From the NCBI GenBank assembly GCA_902625415.1, contig CACOBG010000006.1:496-64495 (forward strand): 64,000 nt of DNA, written 5' to 3'. Below, one piece after another: positions 56,291 to 64,000 of the stretch (positions are counted from its first letter, which is position 1; the number at the start of each line of letters is the position of its first letter). The position numbers and the translations under genes are program-made. The notes below the pieces were generated by a model. It made no database searches. It was not told where the DNA came from and was given only the letters and a program-made list of their open reading frames with translations. The DNA is from an uncultured SAR86 cluster bacterium (GTDB lineage: Bacteria > Pseudomonadota > Gammaproteobacteria > Magnimaribacterales > AG-339-G14).

Positions 56291-59051
56291 AGATACTTTA
56301 AATCTGCCTAAAACAGGATTTTCCATGAAAGCCAATTTGGCTCAAAAAGAGCCAGAGATGATTAAGTATTGGGAAGAAATTAAGCTTTATGACTTGCTGC
56401 AAAGTAAAAATAAAGATGGACCAAATTTTTTATTACACGATGGACCGCCTTATGCAAACGGTCCGATTCATCTTGGAACAACAAATAATAAGGTACTGAA
56501 AGATATCATTATTAAATTTAAACAACTTCAAGGGTTCAACTCTCCATACATTCCAGGTTGGGATTGTCATGGGCTTCCAATCGAATTGAATGTTGAAAAA
56601 AAGATTGGAAAGGTAAATATTGAAGTTCCCGCTGATAAATTTAGAGAAGAGTGTCGAGAATACGCAAATCAACAAATTGCCATTCAAAGGAATGATTTTA
56701 AAAGGCTTGGGATTCAAGCAGATTGGAAAAATCCTTACAAAACCATGTCATTTGATTATGAGGCGAATACCATCAGGGCGCTTGGCAAAATAATTGAAGC
56801 CAATCATTTAGTAAGAGGAGAAAAACCTGTCTATTGGTGTTCAGAATGCAAGTCTGCACTTGCTGAAGCTGAAGTTGAATACTACGACAAAGAATCCAAA
56901 GCGATAGATTTCCTCTTTCCAATGCAAAAGGAAGTTCTTGAAAAATTACTTTCTTTAGAAATTAATTCTCCGACTTTTGCTGCATCATGGACTACTACTC
57001 CATGGACAATTCCAAGCAACCAAGCAATCTCTTTCAATCCTGAGTTTGAATATGAATTAATAGAATTTGAACATGAAAATAATCAAATAGCTGTATTGGT
57101 TGCTTCAACTTTAAAGGAAAGAACTTTAGAAAGAATAGACGTTGGTTCACACAATGTTTTAGGTAAGTTACTTGGAAGTGCGTTAAACGATATCGAAGCA
57201 AATCATCCCTTATTAAAGAGACGATCTTTATTTATTTCTGGATCGCATGTAACCGATGAAATGGGAACAGGACTCGTTCATACCGCTCCTGCTCATGGTA
57301 TGGATGATTATCATGCTTGCTTAGGTAAAGACTTAGATTTTCGGAGTCCAGTTGACGAAAAGGGTGAATTTATCAAAAGCCAAGAATTCGTTGGTGGACT
57401 AAATTTAGAGGAGGCAAATAATAAAATTATTGAATTATTAGCTGAAAAATCTTTATTGCTCAGTAAAAGCACTTACAGACACAGTTTTCCAAATTGTTGG
57501 CGTCATAAAATTCCTGTTTTTTTTAGAGCAACACCTCAATGGTTTATTTCCATGGAAAAGAACTTCCTTTTGCAAAACTCTGAAGAAAAAATAAATGAGA
57601 TCAATTGGCTTCCAGAGTGGGGAAAATCAAGAATTGAAGGAATGATGCAAGAAAGGCCAGATTGGTGTATCTCAAGACAACGCTCATGGGGAGTGCCTCT
57701 TCCTTTGTTCACAAACAAGGAAACTGGAGAGCTACATCCCAAAACTCTAGAAATCATAGAAAAAGTTGCGCATGAGGTAGAAAAAATAGGTATCCAAGCT
57801 TGGTATGACATGGAACCAAGTTCGTTAATTGATGACCATGAGTTATATGAAAAATCTTCTGATATTTTAGATGTCTGGTTTGACTCTGGCGTCACTCATC
57901 ATTGTGTTTTAGAACAAAGAGAAAACTTATCTTATCCTGCTGATCTATATTTAGAAGGTTCAGATCAACACAGGGGGTGGTTCCAGTCATCTTTATTAAC
58001 TGGTATGGCTATTAATAACGAAGCTCCGTATAGATCAGTTCTCACACATGGATTTGTAGTTGATGGCGAAGGAAAAAAACAATCTAAATCTCTGGGTAAC
58101 ACTGTCTCACCTCAATCAGTCTGGAACAAGAAAGGAGCAGATATTCTGAGGGCATGGGTAGCTTCATCAGATTTTAGAAATGAAATTTATTTTTCAGATG
58201 AAATCCTCGATAGAACAGCGGATTCTTATAGAAGAATCAGAAATACGATTAGATTTTTGTTATCTAATTTATATGATTTTGATCATCAGCAAAAAGTTAG
58301 TTTAGATTCAAGAGTGGAAATAGACATGTGGATTCTTAAAGAGGCAGAAAAACTCCAAAACGAAATTATTGAAGATTATTCAAATTACGAGTTTCATTTG
58401 GTTTATCAAAAAGTTCTAAATTTTTGTACCAACGAATTGGGAAGTTTTTATCTAGATATTCTAAAAGACAGACTATATACCTCAAAAAAATCAGGTATTG
58501 CTAGAATTTCAGCCCAAGAGACAATAAAAAGCCTATTGGACAAATTGTTGTTATGGATTGCCCCAATCTTAAGTTTCACAGCAGAAGAGGCTTTCAGAGA
58601 GTTTTATAAAGACAAAAAGTCTATTTTTCTTGAAAGTTTTTCATCAGCTTCAGAAAATATATCTCTAACTTTAGACGAAGAATCTTGGAAAGTGCTAAAT
58701 CAAATAAAAATTGAAGCAAATAAGCTTTTGGAAGATAAAAGAAATAATGGAATTATTGGTTCCTCTTTAGATGCTGAAGTAAAAATCTCATGTAACTCTG
58801 AGACCTTCTTAAGATTAAGTCCTTGTATTGATGAATTGAAATTTCTTTTAATTGTTTCAGATGCTTCCTTGGAGGTAACCGATGACGAAAGTCAATCTTC
58901 TATTTCAATTGAAGTAAAACCCTCTGATAAAGAAAAATGTGATCGTTGCTGGCACCATGTGGGAAATCTCAAAAAGATTTTAGATTCAAATCTATGCCCA
59001 AGGTGCATAGAAAACGTTGAGGGCGAGGGTGAAAAAAGGAAGTTTTTTTAA
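56274..59051 (+). CDS. ileS: Isoleucine--tRNA ligase, bacterial type 1, with variant signature motifs HLGT and KQSKS
   Basis: LHDGPPYANG, PGWDCHGLPIE, WTTTPWT, GTGLVHTAP.HG.DD, DWCISRQR.WG.P, EGSDQHRGWF, C-terminal CDRCW...CPRC zinc site. Confidence 0.98.
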   Translation: MMKKIKDTLNLPKTGFSMKANLAQKEPEMIKYWEEIKLYDLLQSKNKDGPNFLLHDGPPYANGPIHLGTTNNKVLKDIIIKFKQLQGFNSPYIPGWDCHGLPIELNVEKKIGKVNIEVPADKFREECREYANQQIAIQRNDFKRLGIQADWKNPYKTMSFDYEANTIRALGKIIEANHLVRGEKPVYWCSECKSALAEAEVEYYDKESKAIDFLFPMQKEVLEKLLSLEINSPTFAASWTTTPWTIPSNQAISFNPEFEYELIEFEHENNQIAVLVASTLKERTLERIDVGSHNVLGKLLGSALNDIEANHPLLKRRSLFISGSHVTDEMGTGLVHTAPAHGMDDYHACLGKDLDFRSPVDEKGEFIKSQEFVGGLNLEEANNKIIELLAEKSLLLSKSTYRHSFPNCWRHKIPVFFRATPQWFISMEKNFLLQNSEEKINEINWLPEWGKSRIEGMMQERPDWCISRQRSWGVPLPLFTNKETGELHPKTLEIIEKVAHEVEKIGIQAWYDMEPSSLIDDHELYEKSSDILDVWFDSGVTHHCVLEQRENLSYPADLYLEGSDQHRGWFQSSLLTGMAINNEAPYRSVLTHGFVVDGEGKKQSKSLGNTVSPQSVWNKKGADILRAWVASSDFRNEIYFSDEILDRTADSYRRIRNTIRFLLSNLYDFDHQQKVSLDSRVEIDMWILKEAEKLQNEIIEDYSNYEFHLVYQKVLNFCTNELGSFYLDILKDRLYTSKKSGIARISAQETIKSLLDKLLLWIAPILSFTAEEAFREFYKDKKSIFLESFSSASENISLTLDEESWKVLNQIKIEANKLLEDKRNNGIIGSSLDAEVKISCNSETFLRLSPCIDELKFLLIVSDASLEVTDDESQSSISIEVKPSDKEKCDRCWHHVGNLKKILDSNLCPRCIENVEGEGEKRKFF

Positions 59052-59532
59052 ACCACAAAAATTATTCTTTCTGACTTCGTTGATTTTTTCTTTGGTATTT
59101 TTTGATCAATTCTCAAAATACCTAATTGAGGCAAATTTTAATCTTTATGAGTCTACAAAAATACTTCCATACCTAAACTTCACTTTTATAAAAAATTTTG
59201 GTGGCGCTTTTAATTTATTTAACGATGCTTCTCTTAACTTAGGATTGATATTTATTTTGTTAATTTCTTTAATTTGTTTTTATCTTCTTTTGGCAATTTT
59301 TACCAATCTTGTATTCAAAGAAATTCTTTTCAAAGAAAGAGTCTTTTGGAGCTTAATTCTTGCAGGAGGGTTAGGAAATCTTCTAGATAGAATTACAAGA
59401 GGCTATGTTGTAGATTTTATTGATATAACATTTAACCCCTATGTATTTAATTTAGCTGACTGCTTCGTGACATTAGGTATAATTTTATTAATTATTGACT
59501 CCTTTTTAGTTCAAAAACCTAATGCAAAGTAA
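59029..59532 (+). CDS. lspA: Lipoprotein signal peptidase (start uncertain: GTG 59029 or TTG 59017)
   Basis: DQFSK, N.GGAF, GGLGN.LDR, GYVVDF, FNLAD. Confidence 0.93.
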   Translation: MKKGSFFKPQKLFFLTSLIFSLVFFDQFSKYLIEANFNLYESTKILPYLNFTFIKNFGGAFNLFNDASLNLGLIFILLISLICFYLLLAIFTNLVFKEILFKERVFWSLILAGGLGNLLDRITRGYVVDFIDITFNPYVFNLADCFVTLGIILLIIDSFLVQKPNAK

Positions 59533-60463
59533 GATCATCAAGTTAGCCAATCCTAGAGGCTTTTGTGCTGGAGTTGATAGAGCTATAGACATTGTAAATA
59601 TTGCCTTGGATAAATTTGGACCGCCTGTTTATGTGAGACATGAAGTTGTACATAACCGAAAGGTAGTACAAGATTTAAAAATTCGTGGAGCTAGGTTTGT
59701 TGATAATCTCGAAGAAGTTCCTGAAGGATCTGTAACAATTTTTTCAGCGCATGGTGTATCCGAAAATGTGGAATCCCAAGCAAAGAAATATAATTTAAAT
59801 TTCTTCGATGCTACTTGCCCTCTTGTAACTAAAGTACACATGGAAGTAATTAAATATGCTCAACAGGGAAAGGACGTTATTATGATAGGTCATAAAAATC
59901 ATCCTGAAGTAGAGGGAACTCTTGGTAGATTTCCAAAAAAAAGTATAGGGAAAATATATCTCGTTGAAGATGAAAATGATGCTAAAAGCATAAATATTTC
60001 TCAGCCATCTAACTTAGCCTTAGTGACTCAAACAACACTCTCAGTTGATGACACAGAGCAAATTATAGATATTCTAAAAAAAAGATTTCCTGAAATTAAA
60101 TCACCAAATGCAGATGATATCTGTTATGCAACACAAAATCGCCAAGATGCTGTGAAACAGCTTGCATTGGAAACAGATTTCATAATTGTTGTTGGTTCAG
60201 AAAATAGTTCAAATTCAAATAGACTGAAAGAACTTGCTGAGCTTATGGGTACTAAATCTTGTCTAGTAGATCATGTTTCTCAACTTTCTGAAAAATCATT
60301 AAAAAGTGCAACTAAATTAGGAATTACTTCGGGAGCTTCTGCTCCAGAAGAACTTGTCAAAGAGATAATTTCTTACTGTAAAGATTATGGATTTTCCGTA
60401 GTTGAAGAAATTGAAGGGCTTCAAGAAAATATATCTTTCAAATTACCAAAAGAACTTAGATGA
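59522..60463 (+). CDS. ispH: HMBPP reductase
   Basis: PRGFCAGVDRA, HEVVHN, FSAHGV, DATCPLVTKVH, QTTLS, ICYATQNRQ, SSNSNRL. Confidence 0.99.
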   Translation: MQSKIIKLANPRGFCAGVDRAIDIVNIALDKFGPPVYVRHEVVHNRKVVQDLKIRGARFVDNLEEVPEGSVTIFSAHGVSENVESQAKKYNLNFFDATCPLVTKVHMEVIKYAQQGKDVIMIGHKNHPEVEGTLGRFPKKSIGKIYLVEDENDAKSINISQPSNLALVTQTTLSVDDTEQIIDILKKRFPEIKSPNADDICYATQNRQDAVKQLALETDFIIVVGSENSSNSNRLKELAELMGTKSCLVDHVSQLSEKSLKSATKLGITSGASAPEELVKEIISYCKDYGFSVVEEIEGLQENISFKLPKELR

Positions 60464-61701
60464 AAAGTGATATTGCCATCATTGGTGCTGGTATCGCCGG
60501 AATAACAACTGCATATTCTCTTGCAAAAAAAGGTTACAAAGTCACTTTAATTGATTCTAGAAGGTATCCTGCCATGGCAACAAGCTATGCCAACGGAGGC
60601 CAGTTAAGCGCAAGTAATTCAGAAACTTGGAATACTACAAAAAACATACTTAATGGCATAAAGTGGATGTTCAAAAAAGACGCTCCACTTTTATTCAATC
60701 CTTCACCTAGCATTCAAAAGTACAAATGGATGATTGGTTTTTTGCTTGCTACATTTAATGGCAAACACAAATCTAATACTCAACAGACTATTGAGTTAGC
60801 AAAAAGGGCAAGAGAAATTTACTTCAATATTGCAGATGATGAGGGTATAAAGTTTGATCTTTTAAAGAAAGGTATCCTGCACTTTTATAACGATGAGAAA
60901 GAATTCAGCTCCGCAGCAGATAAAGCTTCATGGTTGGATCAGGAAGGTATGGAATGGGAAGCATTATCTTTAGACGAAATTGAAGATTTGGAACCTGCAT
61001 TTAAATCTGCTAGCAACGAAAAGAAAATAGTCGGAGGGATTTATACAAAATCTGATGCGAGTGGCGATATTCATAAATTCTGTACAAATATGATCAAAAC
61101 TCTAGAAGAAAAATATGGTGTTGAAACCTTTTTCAATACCGAAATAGAGACAATCTACAAAGATAAAGATAAAGTAATTTTATCTGCTACAGACCAAGCC
61201 AATTCAAAAGGTTATGTTTTTGATCAAGTTGCAGTTTGTGCCGGCGTTGAAACTCAAAAGTTTGCAGATATATTAGGTGATGGCATGAGAGTTTATCCCG
61301 TCAAAGGTTATAGTGTGACCATCTATCTCGATGATATGATTTCTCAACAAGCTGCCCCCCAAGTATCTTTATTGGATGATCCGGTAAAAATTGTTTCTAG
61401 TAGACTTGGTAACAGACTTAGGGTGGCAGGAACTGCAGAATTAGCAGGAAAGAATAAAGATATTAGACAAGATAGAATCCGTCCTTTGCTTAATTGGGTA
61501 AGAGAATATTTTCCTTCTGTAAGTACAGAAAACTATACGCCCTGGGCTGGTTTGAGACCTATGACACCTGACATGATGCCTTTAATATTTGAAAGTAAAG
61601 TTAAAGGGATATTTTACAATACAGGACACGGTCATTTAGGTTGGACTTTAGGCGCAGCTACAGGCGAAATATTGGCTGAAAAGATGGGTAATGATCAATA
61701 A
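60460..61701 (+). CDS. dadA: D-amino acid dehydrogenase (FAD)
   Basis: IIGAGIAG, ATSYANGGQLS, YPVKGYS, RVAGTAEL, WAGLRPMTPD, NTGHGHLGWTL. Confidence 0.9.
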   Translation: MKSDIAIIGAGIAGITTAYSLAKKGYKVTLIDSRRYPAMATSYANGGQLSASNSETWNTTKNILNGIKWMFKKDAPLLFNPSPSIQKYKWMIGFLLATFNGKHKSNTQQTIELAKRAREIYFNIADDEGIKFDLLKKGILHFYNDEKEFSSAADKASWLDQEGMEWEALSLDEIEDLEPAFKSASNEKKIVGGIYTKSDASGDIHKFCTNMIKTLEEKYGVETFFNTEIETIYKDKDKVILSATDQANSKGYVFDQVAVCAGVETQKFADILGDGMRVYPVKGYSVTIYLDDMISQQAAPQVSLLDDPVKIVSSRLGNRLRVAGTAELAGKNKDIRQDRIRPLLNWVREYFPSVSTENYTPWAGLRPMTPDMMPLIFESKVKGIFYNTGHGHLGWTLGAATGEILAEKMGNDQ

Positions 61702-62221
61702 AAAAGGTTGGCTCATAAAAGCTGAAAAACATATATCTCCAAACTTTGATCAAAGACCAAAAAATACTGATATAAAACTTATTGTCATTCACAATATTAG
61801 TTTGCCTCCAGAAAATTTTGAGCCTGAAAATGTTAAAAAATTCTTCATGAATGAACTTGATTTCGAGACTCACAAGTTTTTTCAAGAGATAAGAGGCCTA
61901 AAAGTATCTAGCCACTTTGTAATTGATCGAATTGGAAAGATTTATCAATTTGTATCGGTTTATGACAGAGCTTGGCATGCAGGCGTATCCTCTTTTAGAA
62001 ATCAAGAGAATTGCAATGATTTTTCACTAGGCGTTGAACTCATCGGCAGTGACAATACTCCCTTTGAAGATAATCAATATATTTCTTTAAATGAGCTTAT
62101 TGAAACTTTATGTAACTCTTTTCCAAAGATAAATAAAGAAAATATCGTAGGTCATTCTGAAATAGCACCAGGAAGAAAGAGTGATCCTGGACCCTTTTTT
62201 GATTGGTCGAAGATAAGATAA
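61691..62221 (+). CDS. ampD: 1,6-anhydro-N-acetylmuramyl-L-alanine amidase
   Basis: SPNFDQRP, IVIHNISLPP, VSSHF, RAWHAG.S, CNDFS.G.EL, GHSEIAPGRK.DPG. Confidence 0.97.
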   Translation: MINKKGWLIKAEKHISPNFDQRPKNTDIKLIVIHNISLPPENFEPENVKKFFMNELDFETHKFFQEIRGLKVSSHFVIDRIGKIYQFVSVYDRAWHAGVSSFRNQENCNDFSLGVELIGSDNTPFEDNQYISLNELIETLCNSFPKINKENIVGHSEIAPGRKSDPGPFFDWSKIR

Positions 62222-62230
62222 AATAGTTAA

Positions 62231-62713
62231 ATGCCGTCTTTTGATATTGAATCCAAAATTGATAATCATGAGTTATCAAACGCAATAGATCAAACTAATA
62301 GAGTTATCACCAATAGATACGATCTCAAAGATGCAAATGCCAATGTTGCTTTGCAAGAGAACGAAATTAAAGTTTCTGCTAATGAGTCTTTTCAATTGGA
62401 TCAAATTATCCCAATTCTCAAAGAAAATTTAAGTAAACGTAAAATTGATTTGAAAAGTTTAAAAATAGGTGATACTCATGAAGCCAACAATTCAGCCTCA
62501 CTAAATATTGAACTTGTTCAAGGTATTTCTAGTGAAATAGGAAAAGAAATCAATGCACTAATAAAATCAAAAAAAATGAAAGTACAGAGCTCTATCCAAG
62601 GAGATTCCGTAAGAGTATCTGGGAAGAAAAGAGATGATCTTCAAGCTGTAATCACATTAATAAAAGAACAAAATTTCAATATTCCTCTGCAATTTCAAAA
62701 TTTTAGAGACTAA
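62231..62713 (+). CDS. yajQ: YajQ family (UPF0234) nucleotide-binding protein
   Basis: MPSFDI, NA.DQ..R....RYD, SIQGD.VRVSGKKRDDLQ, PLQF.NFRD. Confidence 0.97.
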   Translation: MPSFDIESKIDNHELSNAIDQTNRVITNRYDLKDANANVALQENEIKVSANESFQLDQIIPILKENLSKRKIDLKSLKIGDTHEANNSASLNIELVQGISSEIGKEINALIKSKKMKVQSSIQGDSVRVSGKKRDDLQAVITLIKEQNFNIPLQFQNFRD

Positions 62714-62715
62714 AA

Positions 62716-63996
62716 ATGACTTTTATAGATTCTTTGAGGAATTATTTAAGTCCTCAAATTTTAGTAATTTTATGTTTGGGTTTTATCTCAGGAGTGCCAT
62801 ATGGCGTATTAATGGACCCACTGAATTATTGGTTATCAGAAGAGGGTATTGAAAAATCTACTATTGGTCTGCTTTCTTTAGTTTTTTTAATTTATTCCTT
62901 TAAAGTATTTTGGGCTCCTTTAGTAGATCGTTTAAAAATTCCAGGACTTCATAGTTTAGGACAAAGAAAGTCATGGTTGTTTTTATCTCAGTTTGTAACC
63001 GGTTTAATCATATTATCAATTAGTTTTGTTGAGCCTAAAGAAAGTTTAAATATTTTTGTTTATTTAATTCTTGCAATTGGATTTTTTTCTGCCACACAAG
63101 ATATATGTGCTGATGCATTAAGAATTGAACTTGTTGAAAAAAGAGAGTTAGGTGAGGCATCAGCAGTTTTTGTTATTGGCTGGAGAGTTGGAGCTATTTT
63201 GCTTTCTGGGGTAGCAACTTTTTACCTAGCTGAAATATTTGGGTGGAGCTTTGCTTACCAAATGATTGGCATAATTGTAATCTTTTTGTCTTTTATTTTT
63301 TTAATACTCATAAGAGAACCAACTAGAGAGATTAGACCGCCAAAAGATTTTTTTAAGGAACCTCTTGAATGGTTTGAAGATTCTTTTTTAGCTCCTTTAA
63401 AAGACCTTTATTTGAGATATAAGAACCATCTACTGCTTTTACTTCTTTTAATATTTACTTATCGACTGAGCGATATGTTTCTAGGTCCAATGGCTATGCC
63501 GTTTTACAGAGAAACAGGATTTACAAAAATTGAAGTTGCTGAAATAACTAATTTTTATGGACTTATCATGACTATCTTGGGAGGTCTATTTGCTGGAGCC
63601 TCAGTCTATCGTTTTGGCCTTTCAAAAAACTTGGTTGCAGGAGCTATTCTAACTCCTTTAACAAATCTTCCTTTTATATATCTGAACATGATCGGTCATG
63701 ATGTAAATTTCTTGATAGTTACGATCACTTTAGATAACTTTACCCAGGGATTTGTAAATGTGATGGGCGTTACTATTCTCGGTACAATTGTTTCGAAAAG
63801 TTTTACCGCTACACAGTTTGCTTTTTTAGTGGCATTGGTTTCAGTGCCTCCAAGGATTGTTTCAGGAAGTTCAGGAATAATTGTCGATAACACGGGGTTT
63901 CACGAGTTTTTCATAATTTGCGCTTTACTTGGAATTCCGGCAATCATCTTTTCGATTATGGCCCATAAAAAAAGACAGGAACTGGGTTTTGAATAG
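62716..63996 (+). CDS. ampG: AmpG-family muropeptide MFS permease
   Basis: GF.SG.PY, KVFWAPLVDR, GQRKSW, SATQDI..DA.RIE, YRLSD, FTATQFA.L. Confidence 0.93.
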   Translation: MTFIDSLRNYLSPQILVILCLGFISGVPYGVLMDPLNYWLSEEGIEKSTIGLLSLVFLIYSFKVFWAPLVDRLKIPGLHSLGQRKSWLFLSQFVTGLIILSISFVEPKESLNIFVYLILAIGFFSATQDICADALRIELVEKRELGEASAVFVIGWRVGAILLSGVATFYLAEIFGWSFAYQMIGIIVIFLSFIFLILIREPTREIRPPKDFFKEPLEWFEDSFLAPLKDLYLRYKNHLLLLLLLIFTYRLSDMFLGPMAMPFYRETGFTKIEVAEITNFYGLIMTILGGLFAGASVYRFGLSKNLVAGAILTPLTNLPFIYLNMIGHDVNFLIVTITLDNFTQGFVNVMGVTILGTIVSKSFTATQFAFLVALVSVPPRIVSGSSGIIVDNTGFHEFFIICALLGIPAIIFSIMAHKKRQELGFE

Positions 63997-64000
63997 AAGT

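Noticed and set aside
997-63893. Numerous 60-142 aa antisense or off-frame ORFs in the track (e.g. 1285-1713, 6920-7315, 18562-18915, 37354-37659, 55942-56262, 57536-57895)
   Set aside because: They lie wholly within well-supported genes, have Ser/Phe/Ile-rich shadow composition and show no motifs.
1-64000. CRISPR arrays, rRNA, riboswitches, transposases, inteins, long tandem repeats
   Set aside because: None seen. Intergenic gaps are at most about 150 bp and show no regularly spaced repeats or structured RNA other than tRNA-Lys.

Overview
A gene-dense, AT-rich stretch of core chromosome from a streamlined gammaproteobacterium. Gene order follows Pseudomonas-type operons, and the compaction suggests a SAR86-like marine oligotroph (inference, not proven). 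About 71 CDS, one tRNA-Lys(TTT) and a clear LexA box before recA. No rRNA, CRISPR array, transposase or prophage was seen. Most of the window is housekeeping: rplI-dnaB-alr; pyrG-kdsA-eno-ftsB-ispDF-surE-pcm; recA; proS; aspS-yebC; tol-pal; dapA-bamC-purC; isc; ndk-rodZ-ispG-hisS-yfgM-bamB-der; sdhCDAB-sucCD; murJ-ribF-ileS-lspA-ispH; ampD-yajQ-ampG. The interest lies in how these conserved operons were edited. (1) sucA-sucB-lpd are absent from between sdhB and sucC. A 2-oxoglutarate-decarboxylase-like ThDP enzyme sits next to a Clostridium-SucD-like CoA-acylating succinate-semialdehyde dehydrogenase, which would give a lipoate-free route from 2-oxoglutarate to succinyl-CoA. (2) ruvC-ruvA-ruvB are replaced in situ by one phage/archaeal-type (Hjc-like) PD-(D/E)XK nuclease coupled to both neighbours. 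(3) The isc operon is rebuilt: no iscR or hscBA, an integrase-type DUF6538-like domain fused to IscS, a ferredoxin-IscA fusion, and an IscU whose chaperone motif LPPVK has become LPAIK. Smaller oddities are an IleRS with both class I signature motifs altered (HLGT, KQSKS), overlapping bidirectional -10 boxes with apparently leaderless genes, a probable ATT start codon and a ProRS lacking its editing domain. All 'absent' statements apply to this window only. Family assignments come from motif recognition and recalled sequences; no database search was run.
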